Positions 20,431 to 30,108 of a stretch of 64,000 nt of DNA are shown here, in pieces; positions within the stretch are counted from its first letter, which is position 1; the number at the start of each line of letters is the position of its first letter. The stretch covers positions 16,012-80,011 of the forward strand of contig JAGBLL010000059.1 in the NCBI GenBank assembly GCA_017635465.1. Reading direction: 5' to 3'. A program made the translations under genes and the position numbers. Source of the DNA: Bacilli bacterium (GTDB lineage: Bacteria > Bacillota_I > Bacilli_A > RFN20 > CAG-826). The notes beneath the pieces were generated by a model that had not been told where the DNA came from, did not search any database, and saw nothing but the letters and a program-made list of their open reading frames with translations.

Positions 20431-21617
20431 TAGTATTTCACCCATGCGACAAAGTCGCCGCCCTTTCTTTCATTTAAATATAAGTGTTCTAAATCGAACT
20501 TACCTTCGATATTGCTTTCTTCATCAGTAATAGTTACTAAGGAAGCACCAATTAAATCGAAGTTTTCAGTGATACCTGTATCCGCTAAACCCTTCTTCAT
20601 GTCTGGATCTTCACTCTTAGTATCGATATGAGCGTAATATAATTCGATACCAGTTTTGACACCTAAGCCTATTACTAAATCATCCCAGGTAACAGTCCAG
20701 TCAACGTTATGAGCGTGGCCCATGAATGCACCTTTAAGATTGCGTTGTTTTGCTTCATCTAAGAAATTAGAAGCATATTTTTCGTTTCCGTTATCGGCAA
20801 ATCCTTCTAATTTGAAGAATTTATTTTTATGAGAAGTTGGATTCTTTTGGACTTCGTCATATAACTTTTGGTTTTCTTCTTGTGGAATGTGGTAATAAGC
20901 AATACCAGGAATGTCATCGCTACCACCTAAATTTTGGTTATTAACAACTGCTTTGTTGTATTCGCTAATCCACCATTCAGTTTGATCTTTACGAATGTAA
21001 TCATAATCTCTAAATGGTGATAAGGCTGTTTCAGAGAATGATGCACCTGAGTCAAGATTAGAAATTTGCCATTTAACTTCGGAGCCTTTATTACCATCAG
21101 CGGTTAAGTTAATCATAAAATTACTTCTACCGTATAAGTCATCGTTTGGTTCGTAATATAAAGAATTCTTGGCTTTAGCAAATCTTTCTGCGATCCAGTT
21201 TGGATTATACATGCCATGTCTATCATGGTTACCCCAGATAGAAGCATATTTAAAGCCATATTCTTCTGATTTCTTTTCAAAATATTTGATAAATGAATCG
21301 ACATGGTATGCGTTTGCAAGCATAAACATATCGCCTGTTAATTCAACTAGGTCGATTTTAGCGCCAGCTCCTTGAGTGGCGGTAATGTGCTTATTTGCTT
21401 CCGCAAGAACTTTGTCCATGTACTTTTCAGATTCATATGTGGAAGAGTTAATGTTCCAGTGAATATCGGTTAATTGCAAGATGTTGAAGTTCTTATGATA
21501 TTTCATTGTAAAGACATAATCATCAAGATGTTCAGCATATTTCTTAACCTGACCACAGCTCGTAAGAACAAATGGCGTTAGTAGAAGTAAAGGAAATACC
21601 TTTGCGTTTTTCTTCAT
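20430..21617 (-). CDS. Lipoprotein metallophosphoesterase (calcineurin-like)
   Basis: 395 aa. Signal peptide with lipobox VLTSC. LTDIHW, GDMF, WGNHD and GHAH are metallophosphoesterase motifs. Confidence 0.8.
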   Translation of the reverse strand: MKKNAKVFPLLLLTPFVLTSCGQVKKYAEHLDDYVFTMKYHKNFNILQLTDIHWNINSSTYESEKYMDKVLAEANKHITATQGAGAKIDLVELTGDMFMLANAYHVDSFIKYFEKKSEEYGFKYASIWGNHDRHGMYNPNWIAERFAKAKNSLYYEPNDDLYGRSNFMINLTADGNKGSEVKWQISNLDSGASFSETALSPFRDYDYIRKDQTEWWISEYNKAVVNNQNLGGSDDIPGIAYYHIPQEENQKLYDEVQKNPTSHKNKFFKLEGFADNGNEKYASNFLDEAKQRNLKGAFMGHAHNVDWTVTWDDLVIGLGVKTGIELYYAHIDTKSEDPDMKKGLADTGITENFDLIGASLVTITDEESNIEGKFDLEHLYLNERKGGDFVAWVKY

Positions 21618-21745
21618 AAAAAAGTCCCTTTCTAAATACCGGCAAAGAAAACAATAACTATTCGCTAGTCATAATCTTTGCTCTAGAAAGGATTATAACA
21701 CTTTAAAGGCAACACAAAATTGAACAGAAAGTGACATGTGTCAAT

Positions 21746-23116
21746 CTATTGACCGTATTTAATATCCTTAGTCCAAGACATATCTTTAAATTTAAATGTC
21801 CAGTTATGATCGCTGACTGTGCCAGGGGCATTGATTCTTGCTTTATCATCAAGCTTTAATAAATCTTGAAGTGGCACAATGGTAATTAAGCTTGTCATGT
21901 TCCAAACATAATTGAATATTGCACCATATAAATCTTGAGGATGTTTGAACTTTTTACGGAGAGTTTTTATTTGTTCTTTATTTAATGATTTAAGCCAACC
22001 ATATAATGTTTGGTTATCATGTGTACCAGGATAAAGAATGATATTATTGTTTTCTTCTAATTGTTCAAAAATACAGAATTGAATAACTCTCATGCCTGGT
22101 AGATGATAGAAATTCCTCAATTCATGAACACTATCAAAGAGCATGCCTAAATCTTCGGCAATAATTTCAATATTTGGATACTTCTGATACAAAGTATCAA
22201 AGAAGTCATTTCTTGGTCCGATACGCCACTCACCACGTCTAGCGTTTTCATCTTCCGCAGGGATGACACAATATGTATCAAACGCTCTAAAGTGATCGAG
22301 TCTTAACAAATTAGCCCTGCTTGCTAGACAAGCGATTCTATTAATAAGAAAGCTATAACCATTTTCTTTCATCTTATCGAAGTTATAAATTGGTGTACCC
22401 CATAATTGACCATCCTCTGAAAAGCCATCAGGTGGACAACCAGAAACAACTGTTGGATGATAATGTTCATCAAGCATGAATTCATCTTTATTTAAATAGC
22501 AATCCACACTATCGAGACCAACATAGAATGGGCAATCCGCGATAATCTTGATACCGTTTTTATTAGCGTATTTTAAAATCTTATTCCATTGATTGAAGGC
22601 AATGTATTGGCACCAAATATGGAAATCAATTTCATCTTGTGCAAAGCTAGGAATCTTAGTAATGGCCCATTCATTCCATGGCTTATTATCATTAATCATT
22701 TTAAGCACTAAATATTTAGCGTATTCTTCACACCATGGATTATTTTTCTTAAATTTATCTAATGAAATTTTGGAGTTTTTATATGCCCGTCTTAAATATT
22801 TTTCTTTAAATGATAAAACCTCACCATATTTAACTTGAGTGGAATTCTTTTGGAAATTTGGTACTTTTTCTAATAAGCCATCTTTCACTAATTCATCTAA
22901 AGAAATATATCTAATATCAAACGCTTCACTACAAACAGTGATGTATGGAGAGTTAGCGGGTCCAACTGGATTAAGAGGCAATATTTGCCAGTAATGATAA
23001 CGATGTTTCTTCAACCAATCGATAAATTCATAGGCATAATTAGAAAAGTCACCAATCCCATGATTGCCTGGTAATGAGAATACTGGAAGAAGGACACCGA
23101 CATTTTGTTTTTTCAT
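21746..23116 (-). CDS. malQ: 4-alpha-glucanotransferase (amylomaltase, GH77)
   Basis: 456 aa. GVLLPVFSLPG..GIGDF, LRLDHFRAF, IAEDLG and YPGTHDN blocks. Confidence 0.9.
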   Translation of the reverse strand: MKKQNVGVLLPVFSLPGNHGIGDFSNYAYEFIDWLKKHRYHYWQILPLNPVGPANSPYITVCSEAFDIRYISLDELVKDGLLEKVPNFQKNSTQVKYGEVLSFKEKYLRRAYKNSKISLDKFKKNNPWCEEYAKYLVLKMINDNKPWNEWAITKIPSFAQDEIDFHIWCQYIAFNQWNKILKYANKNGIKIIADCPFYVGLDSVDCYLNKDEFMLDEHYHPTVVSGCPPDGFSEDGQLWGTPIYNFDKMKENGYSFLINRIACLASRANLLRLDHFRAFDTYCVIPAEDENARRGEWRIGPRNDFFDTLYQKYPNIEIIAEDLGMLFDSVHELRNFYHLPGMRVIQFCIFEQLEENNNIILYPGTHDNQTLYGWLKSLNKEQIKTLRKKFKHPQDLYGAIFNYVWNMTSLITIVPLQDLLKLDDKARINAPGTVSDHNWTFKFKDMSWTKDIKYGQ

Positions 23117-23163
23117 GGAAAAAAGTATACTCTTTCCATCTTAAAGAAAAAAGGGGCAACTTG

Positions 23164-23191
23164 TTGCGGATATCTTTAAGGGTTATATAAT
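23164..23191 (+). promoter_or_regulatory. Promoter of the PPTase gene; ATG 6 nt after the -10 (leaderless candidate)
   Basis: TTGCGG (23164-23169) - 16 nt - TATAAT (23186-23191) - aaaggc - ATG (23198). Confidence 0.45.
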
Positions 23192-23197
23192 AAAGGC

Positions 23198-23812
23198 ATG
23201 GAAATAGTAAAACTTTACACCGTTGATACAGATTTAGGATTTAAGCACAAAAAGTTTCTTTTAGAAAACGTTAATGAAGAACAAAAAGAAAAAGCTTTGA
23301 AATTTGCTATAGAAATTGATCAAATCAGATCGTTACTATCTTCGTACTTAAAGAACTTATTATCTAAAGAAACACTGCTTAAAAACGAAAACGGTAAACC
23401 ATATTTTGATAATGGTCCATTTTTTAATATTTCTCATTCTGGTCGTTATGTTTTAATGGCGGTTTCCACTTCTGAAGTCGGTGTGGATATTGAAGAAATC
23501 AAAAATAAAGACATGTCCGCTTTAGTGAGAATATTTAATGAAGCGGAAGCTAAGATGATTAAAGAGCATAGTGACTTCTATTACTTATGGTGCGCGAAAG
23601 AGAGCTTAATAAAATGTATTGGTTCTTCTGTTAGTAAAGTTAGAGAAATACCAGCCCTACCACTAAATGGTTTAAAAACTTTCAAAGGTAAAGATTATCA
23701 ATGTCAAAGTTTTATTTATGATAAGCATATTGTTTCTATTACTCGTGAAGGAAAAGAAGAATTCGAAATAGAAACTAAAAAGGTCGATAGACTACCATAT
23801 ATCTTGAAGTAA
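23198..23812 (+). CDS. 4'-phosphopantetheinyl transferase, Sfp type
   Basis: 204 aa. GKPYF, FNISHSGRYVLMAV, GVDIEEI and WCAKESLIKCIG. Confidence 0.85.
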   Translation: MEIVKLYTVDTDLGFKHKKFLLENVNEEQKEKALKFAIEIDQIRSLLSSYLKNLLSKETLLKNENGKPYFDNGPFFNISHSGRYVLMAVSTSEVGVDIEEIKNKDMSALVRIFNEAEAKMIKEHSDFYYLWCAKESLIKCIGSSVSKVREIPALPLNGLKTFKGKDYQCQSFIYDKHIVSITREGKEEFEIETKKVDRLPYILK

Positions 23813-23867
23813 TATTCCTCTTTGCGTTGCAAAAAAGGTAATTAAAGTTTATTCTTTCTATGTTGTT

Positions 23868-24716
23868 ATGAATGCATTACAAGAAAAACAATTAAATATT
23901 TTGAAGCACTTCATTAAGGTGTGTGAAAAGCACAACTTACAATATTTTCTTGTCGGTGGCTCAACATTAGGGGCCATTAGACATAAAGGCTTCATCCCTT
24001 GGGATGATGATATTGATGTTGGCATGCCTAGAAAAGATTATGACAAATTCGTGGAATTACAACATGAATTTGATGGCACTCCATATTTCATTCAAACTTT
24101 TAAAACTGATCCTTGTTATATTTATAACTATGGCAAGTTAAGAGATTCATCCACTACTTTTATTGAAAATACATACAAACAGCATCGTATCAATCATGGT
24201 GTCTGGATTGATATTTTCCCGATTGATGGTTTTTCTAAAGTTGTTAAACCAAGAGAAAAATTCGCTAAAAAAGTAAGACATATCTGGTGGCAAGTATATT
24301 TAAGTTATCTACCAGCATTAAGAAGAAAGGTTCACGCTAGAACATTCTTTAAAGACATCTTACTTAATATTGTTGCGGGTTTATTCTATATCTTTGACAT
24401 TGCTCATTATCGCAATAAACATGTTGAAAAATACGTGAGAAAAATACCATTAGAAGAATCCGTTATGGCGGGTAACTATTTTGGTTTCAACATGAAAAGA
24501 GAGGCGATGGACACTAATATCTTTAAGGAATTCATCAAAGTTCCATTTGAAGATATTGAGGCCTATGTACCAAAAGACTATGACACATATTTAAAAAATC
24601 TTTATGGTGATTATATGAAATTCCCACCACTTGATAAACAAGTTGGCCATCACTACAACTCTGGTTTCTCTTTAGAACAGGGATATGAAGATTATCTAAA
24701 AGAACATAAAATATAG
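23868..24716 (+). CDS. licD: LicD-family phosphotransferase
   Basis: 282 aa. LVGGSTLGAIRHKGFIPWDDDIDVGMPRKDY is the LicD nucleotidyltransferase-fold signature. Confidence 0.85.
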   Translation: MNALQEKQLNILKHFIKVCEKHNLQYFLVGGSTLGAIRHKGFIPWDDDIDVGMPRKDYDKFVELQHEFDGTPYFIQTFKTDPCYIYNYGKLRDSSTTFIENTYKQHRINHGVWIDIFPIDGFSKVVKPREKFAKKVRHIWWQVYLSYLPALRRKVHARTFFKDILLNIVAGLFYIFDIAHYRNKHVEKYVRKIPLEESVMAGNYFGFNMKREAMDTNIFKEFIKVPFEDIEAYVPKDYDTYLKNLYGDYMKFPPLDKQVGHHYNSGFSLEQGYEDYLKEHKI

Positions 24717-24733
24717 TAAAGGAGTCATCCAAT

Positions 24734-25450
24734 ATGAATATTGCTCTAATTCTTGCCGCTGGTAGCGGAACACGCATGGGTAATGCTGATAAACCAAAAC
24801 AATTCTTACCTATTTATGGTAAGCCTTTAATGATTCACACTATTGAAGCTTTTGAAGTTAATGACAATGTCGATAAAATTGTTATCGTTACTAATGAACA
24901 ATATATTGACCAAGTTAAGGTTTGGTGCAAGCAATACGATTTAAGTAAAGTTAGAGCGGTTGTCGCCGGTGGTAACTCTCGTCAAATATCTGTTTATAAT
25001 GGCTTAAAAGCGGTTGAAGAATTAATCTCTTCTCCTGATGACATCATCGTCATCCACGACGCTGCCAGACCATTAATTAGTCAAAAGATTATTGATGACA
25101 ATATTGAAGTTTGTCAAAAATATGGTGCAGTTGATACTGTTATTAAAGCAAGCGACACAATTATTAGAAGTAAAGATAACGAAATCATTTCTGATATTCC
25201 AAATCGTAACGAATTATATCAAGGACAAACTCCTCAAACTTTTAAATTCAAAGTTATTAAAGACGCTCATGAAAAAGCGATTAAAGATGAAATTCCAAAC
25301 GTTACTGATGACGCTAAATTAGTTTTATCATTTGGTATTGATGTCCATTTAGTTGCTGGCAGCGCACAAAACTTTAAAATTACCACATTCGATGACTTAA
25401 TGATGCTAAAAGCATTATTAAAGATTGGAAAGACTGAGGTTGTTCTTTAA
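24734..25450 (+). CDS. tarI: Ribitol-5-phosphate cytidylyltransferase (IspD/TarI family)
   Basis: 238 aa. LAAGSGTRMG..KPKQF and IHDAARP. AGGAG is the SD. Adjacent to a TarJ-like reductase, which favours TarI over IspD. Confidence 0.8.
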   Translation: MNIALILAAGSGTRMGNADKPKQFLPIYGKPLMIHTIEAFEVNDNVDKIVIVTNEQYIDQVKVWCKQYDLSKVRAVVAGGNSRQISVYNGLKAVEELISSPDDIIVIHDAARPLISQKIIDDNIEVCQKYGAVDTVIKASDTIIRSKDNEIISDIPNRNELYQGQTPQTFKFKVIKDAHEKAIKDEIPNVTDDAKLVLSFGIDVHLVAGSAQNFKITTFDDLMMLKALLKIGKTEVVL

Positions 25451-26490
25451 TGTTTACCAATATATTTAAGGTAACTTCTCCGGGTGTCATTGAAAAATTC
25501 ATCGACACTGTGGAAGATATGGACAATAAAGTCCTAGTTAAAGTCGATATGATGGCTATTTGTAAAGCGGATATCCGTTACTTTTTAGGCAACCGCGATA
25601 TTAACGTTTTAAATCATAAATATCCTTTAGCCCCTATTCATGAAGCTGTTGGTGAAGTTATCAAAGATCCAACTGGTACATATCAAAAAGGTGATAAAGT
25701 CATCCTTGTTCCTAATTCATTTGATGACAAATATTTTACTGATAAATCTAATCGTAGATGCTTTAGAAAAGACTTAGGTGATAATTATTATCCTAAAGCT
25801 GTTTTTAGAAGCTCCACTGCGGATGGTTTTTTAAGAAACTATTACACATGTAGTCCAGAATTACTTGTGAAATATGATGAAAGTATAGACCCATCCATCG
25901 CGGTTTTCTCTGAATTACTATCTGTCGCTAGTGCCGCTTTAAGAAGAATTGATTTTGATGAAGTTGAGAAATTAGCCTTATTTGGCGATGGCATTATGGC
26001 CTATATCGTTTATATTATGTTAGTCCATGACCATCCTGATTTAGATTTAACTGTCTTTGGTATTGATGACCATAAACTCGCGGCGTTTAAAGAGGCAAAG
26101 ACTGCGAAAGTTGATGAATATAAAGGTGATAAATTTGATACATTAATTGAAGCAGTTGGTGGTAAGTTCTCTGAAGTCGCGATTAATCAAATGATTGATT
26201 TAGCCATTCCAGGAGCGGACCTTATCTTAATGGGTGTCAGTGAAGAAAAAGTACAAATTAACACTCGTGTAATTTTAGATAAAGGTTTATCACTTAAAGG
26301 CGTTACTAGAAGCATGAGAGCGGACTTTGTCCATGTTTCGCAAGCTATTAAAGATAAAAAAGTACAAGAACAATTATCAATCATGGTCTTATCAAAGACT
26401 AAGATTAATAATGTTAGTGATATTTATAAATGTTTTGACGCGGATATCCATAACAAAACTGAAATCGGTAAAAACATTATGCATTGGTAA
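25450..26490 (+). CDS. tarJ: Ribulose-5-phosphate reductase (TarJ-like, MDR family)
   Basis: 346 aa. ICKADIRY..PLAPIHEAVGEV and nucleotide-binding LFGDGIMAY. ATG overlaps the tarI stop (TAATG). Confidence 0.75.
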   Translation: MFTNIFKVTSPGVIEKFIDTVEDMDNKVLVKVDMMAICKADIRYFLGNRDINVLNHKYPLAPIHEAVGEVIKDPTGTYQKGDKVILVPNSFDDKYFTDKSNRRCFRKDLGDNYYPKAVFRSSTADGFLRNYYTCSPELLVKYDESIDPSIAVFSELLSVASAALRRIDFDEVEKLALFGDGIMAYIVYIMLVHDHPDLDLTVFGIDDHKLAAFKEAKTAKVDEYKGDKFDTLIEAVGGKFSEVAINQMIDLAIPGADLILMGVSEEKVQINTRVILDKGLSLKGVTRSMRADFVHVSQAIKDKKVQEQLSIMVLSKTKINNVSDIYKCFDADIHNKTEIGKNIMHW

Positions 26491-26520
26491 TTAGTTATGA
26501 CCACAAAACAAATTCTAATA

Positions 26521-26544
26521 GAAAAGCCCATCATGTGATGGGCT
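26521..26544. terminator. Terminator hairpin between convergent tarJ and mscS
   Basis: AGCCCATCA-TG-TGATGGGCT is a perfect 9-bp inverted repeat (26525-26544). A U-run follows on the minus-strand transcript (UUUUCUAUU). The + side has a poor U-run. Confidence 0.65.
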
Positions 26545-26566
26545 CTATTAATATAATAAGAGGTAA

Positions 26567-27655
26567 TTATTTTTCCACAGAAATATCTTGTGATAATTCT
26601 TTTTGTTCTTCGTTGAATCTATCAGCTTTATTAATATCTTTTTGACTGACTTTGTCTTGATCAGCATCTTCACCCATATGCACAACGAGTTGATTGAATG
26701 GAATTTCGATATTGTTATCGTCAAACATGATTTTGATTTCACGGTTGAGATCTCTTTGTACTTGATAGATATCATCTTCTTTACATTTGGCAACGAATAA
26801 TAATTGCACACCAGATTCCCCTAATTCAGCGACACCTTTATAGAATGGGCCTTCTTCAATCGCAGGAATCTTTTCTTTGATCTTATTAATATTATCGGCG
26901 ATAACCGCTTCGACTTTTTCAATTCTCACGTTATATGAAACGGAAACATAAGCTTTCGCTAATGATAATTCTTGAGTTTGGTTAATGATTGTTTTGATTT
27001 CACTATTGTTAACAATCTTAACGTTACCACCGGCATCTAATAATTTAGTTGTTCTAATACCGATTTCTTTAACTTCACCTCTCCAACCATCAATGATGAC
27101 GATATCACCAACTTGGAATTCACCTTCAAAAACGATGAAGATACCAGCAAGGATATCAGCCACTAAGGATTGGGAACCAAGACCTATGATCAGGGCGAGA
27201 ACACCAGCACCAGTTAATGTTGCGGTTGCGGGAGCACCCCAAGCATCTAAAACAAAGAAGACAGCGGTTAAGCCAATTGCCCATTTAATAAAGGAGACTA
27301 ATAAACGAGAGATTGTTTTACCTTTCTTGCTTCTAAAGACAATCTTCGCTAAGAAGTGTAAAGCGATAGCAAATGTTACTGCCACACCAATGATTTGGAT
27401 TGTTCTTAATGTGTTAGGAATCGCGTGTTCTAAGAAATAATCCGCAAAGGCATTACCTGTGTTGGACTTATAAAACATAGGTTCAACATCCCAAGCATAA
27501 TCAGTGCCATTCCAATAACCGTTTTCATCAAGCACTTTATGATAGTTTTTGCCAAAGATTTGAGTGCTGAAAACGAAGATGAGAATAGTCGCTATCATTA
27601 ATAGAGCGTATAGCGACCACTTAATAATTGTGTTTCTTGTTTCTTTTTTCATCAT
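26567..27655 (-). CDS. Small-conductance mechanosensitive channel (MscS family)
   Basis: ORF track 26567..27667. Start moved to ATG 27653-27655 (MMKKETR..), 5 nt after GGAGG. Three TM helices, then GDIVIIDGWRGEVKEIGIRTTKL, the MscS beta-domain signature. Confidence 0.85.
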   Translation of the reverse strand: MMKKETRNTIIKWSLYALLMIATILIFVFSTQIFGKNYHKVLDENGYWNGTDYAWDVEPMFYKSNTGNAFADYFLEHAIPNTLRTIQIIGVAVTFAIALHFLAKIVFRSKKGKTISRLLVSFIKWAIGLTAVFFVLDAWGAPATATLTGAGVLALIIGLGSQSLVADILAGIFIVFEGEFQVGDIVIIDGWRGEVKEIGIRTTKLLDAGGNVKIVNNSEIKTIINQTQELSLAKAYVSVSYNVRIEKVEAVIADNINKIKEKIPAIEEGPFYKGVAELGESGVQLLFVAKCKEDDIYQVQRDLNREIKIMFDDNNIEIPFNQLVVHMGEDADQDKVSQKDINKADRFNEEQKELSQDISVEK

Positions 27656-27678
27656 AATTACCTCCAAAAAATCAATTA

Positions 27679-30108
27679 TTAAACCGAGATACTAAATTGA
27701 TAATTCTCGAATAAAACCATAGTTTGATAGTCCGATTCAGATGGAGAGGTACCTGTTTGGACTTTGCAATATTTAATAGAGATTTTAACTGGCGAGTCAA
27801 AATCACTCATAAATGTGTCTTGATTAAATCCTTCTTCACTAAGTTGTAAATCAATATATGTGTAATTGCCCATATTTGGCAAAGTAAATTGACACGTGTA
27901 TGTGTTTCCACTTTCACATTCAAAGATGAGATAAGCGCTATATTCATCTGGTTTACCAGCATAAATTGGCATAAAGCTGACTTGGAAATCACCACCAGTG
28001 ATATTGTCACTAATAATTCTACCGCCATAGACTGTTGGGTTTTCGTTTAATGTGAATTTCACATTTTTCTCAACATAAACATCTTCATCGATGTATTCTG
28101 GTCCACCATTTTCTTCAGCGTCAACGTTGAGCATTGTGGCAGTTACTTTAAGTGTGACATTATCCGCTTCAATGATTGATGCTTGATCATAAGAATCATC
28201 AGTGCTGTTCATTAATGTGGAATACATCCAATCATGAGTAACTGTCTCGCCTTCAAACATTAAATAAGCATAATCTTCATCATTTAAAAGAATATGTACT
28301 GCAAAGCCTGAATAGATGTGCGCAGCGTCATCATATAAGAATCTAATTGGAAGATTATATGGATATTCAGAATAGTTTGCATCGCCAGAGAAGTCATATG
28401 GAGTTTCAATACCTTGGAAAGTAGAAACTAAACTATTTTTGAATTTAAATTCTTCGCCTTCTACGACCACGACACTTGTGTCTCTATCCATATATTTAAA
28501 TGAATAGGCCATTCTGTGCTCAACAATATCAATTAAATAAACTGGGCCACCTGTAGTGCTTTGTTCGGTTTCATTCACGGTAATAGTTTGAACTTCAGTT
28601 GTTTCTGTTAAGATGAACGTTCTTTCATTAGAAGTTTCTAAGTCTTGTAAAGTTAATTCAAAGTTATATAAGTAACCTAAATCATTTTGATAATCTAATT
28701 GGACCTCAAATGTTCTTGTATCAAAGTTAGCTTTCTTATCAAATATTAATTTATTAAATTGGGTAACGGCGCCACTATTGTCAGTAAAGGTAACATCACC
28801 TTCATCTAGTGTTTCAAGGACGTTTTGATTTAAGCATGTAAGTTTGTAGTGATAAGATTCAGATAATACTACTTCATAGCCATCTAAATTGACTGTTTGA
28901 ACTTCGTTGGTCTTTTGAAGTGGAACATCAACACTCATATCATCGATGAGAGTCATACCTTCTTGTTCATAAGTTAAGAAGAAAGACATCACAAAATTAT
29001 CATAGAAATTAAAGTCATCAACATAGTCTAATTGCACTTCAAATGTGCGATCCATGAAGTTAGCGGTTTTATCGAAGATAAATTTATTGAATTTAGTTTC
29101 AGCGCCACTATTATCTTCAAAGTGTACTGTACCAGATTCAGCGGTCACTAGTATATCTTCATCCATATAAGTGAATGAATAGTCATATGTTTGTGCTAAG
29201 TTAAAAGCGCTATCACTGCTTAAATCAATTTCTTGTTCTTCGGTAGTCTTAGTAAGGTTGTAAGATATTTCAGCAGGCGCAGTGTCACTAACGACCTCGG
29301 ATTTAAGATTCAATTTGAAATCTGAGAAGCGGTCATAATCATCTTGATAATCAAGTTTGACTTTCATCATCATTGTTAAGAAATTGCATGTCTTATCCCA
29401 AGTAATACCGTTGAATTCTGATACACGTGTCTCTTCTTTTAATGTTGTAAACTGTTCATCAAAAATAATTTCACCACCAAAACGATTCTCGCTTAAAACA
29501 ATGTTATAAGTTTCTTCTGGCTTTAAATTATTGAACTCGCCCCAGTTATAATCAAGATAAGTTGGAATTGAAAAATCATAATATTCGTTATAGACCCTAA
29601 GTTTTAATGGAGCGTTACTTTCCTCACTGCTTTCTTCACGTGGCTTATCATATTCTTCATATGGTTCATCATCTGGTCTTTTTTCGTTATTAAGATCTTT
29701 AACAAATAATTCATAAGACAATGAATTTGATGTCACCACGAAATCATTAAAATTATATTGATAATTATGAAGGGCAACAGAAATACCAGTGCCCACTGCC
29801 ACAACAGTAACCGCGACAACACTAGCAGCAGTTGCAACTGAAGCTACAGCACTAGCAGCGCTTGTCGCTGTAGTCGAAGATGAAACCACAGTTGAAGAAC
29901 CATGAATAGGAGTTTTATTCATGTATTCGACATTAACTTCTGTTTTCTTCTTTATTGTTTTACCAATGTATTTTTCATTTAAATCGCCTTCGGGGACAGT
30001 GTTATCTTTTTGGGGAGTAAACTCTATTTTTTGAGTTTTTCCAAACTCCACCCCTCTGACTTGCTTGTCATTGGTGATCTCTATTTTGTTAAATTCATCA
30101 TTACGCAT
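27679..30108 (-). CDS. Single-pass (N-in) membrane protein with four tandem ~110-aa repeats of unknown family
   Basis: 809 aa. Ser/Thr/Ala/Val-rich TM segment SSTTATSAASAVASVATAASVVAVTVVAVGTGISVAL at about residues 75-112. Repeat anchors are FNGITWDKTCNF..KVKLDYQDDYDRF, FNKFIFDKTANF..EVQLDYVDDFNFY, FNKLIFDKKANF..EVQLDYQNDLGYL and a weaker fourth (FQGIETPYDF). No SD. I recognise no family. Confidence 0.7.
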   Translation of the reverse strand: MRNDEFNKIEITNDKQVRGVEFGKTQKIEFTPQKDNTVPEGDLNEKYIGKTIKKKTEVNVEYMNKTPIHGSSTVVSSSTTATSAASAVASVATAASVVAVTVVAVGTGISVALHNYQYNFNDFVVTSNSLSYELFVKDLNNEKRPDDEPYEEYDKPREESSEESNAPLKLRVYNEYYDFSIPTYLDYNWGEFNNLKPEETYNIVLSENRFGGEIIFDEQFTTLKEETRVSEFNGITWDKTCNFLTMMMKVKLDYQDDYDRFSDFKLNLKSEVVSDTAPAEISYNLTKTTEEQEIDLSSDSAFNLAQTYDYSFTYMDEDILVTAESGTVHFEDNSGAETKFNKFIFDKTANFMDRTFEVQLDYVDDFNFYDNFVMSFFLTYEQEGMTLIDDMSVDVPLQKTNEVQTVNLDGYEVVLSESYHYKLTCLNQNVLETLDEGDVTFTDNSGAVTQFNKLIFDKKANFDTRTFEVQLDYQNDLGYLYNFELTLQDLETSNERTFILTETTEVQTITVNETEQSTTGGPVYLIDIVEHRMAYSFKYMDRDTSVVVVEGEEFKFKNSLVSTFQGIETPYDFSGDANYSEYPYNLPIRFLYDDAAHIYSGFAVHILLNDEDYAYLMFEGETVTHDWMYSTLMNSTDDSYDQASIIEADNVTLKVTATMLNVDAEENGGPEYIDEDVYVEKNVKFTLNENPTVYGGRIISDNITGGDFQVSFMPIYAGKPDEYSAYLIFECESGNTYTCQFTLPNMGNYTYIDLQLSEEGFNQDTFMSDFDSPVKISIKYCKVQTGTSPSESDYQTMVLFENYQFSISV
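28309..29751 (-). repeat. Tandem coding repeats (4 x ~330 nt, diverged) inside the 809-aa gene
   Basis: Repeat anchors at protein residues about 232, 340, 451 and 564. Boundaries are approximate. Confidence 0.6.

Noticed and set aside
26548-26811. 87-aa same-strand overlapping ORF at the 3' end of mscS
   Set aside because: This is an alternative frame of a gene with strong family motifs. Its low-complexity Lys/Ile/Ser translation is typical of AT-rich out-of-frame reading.
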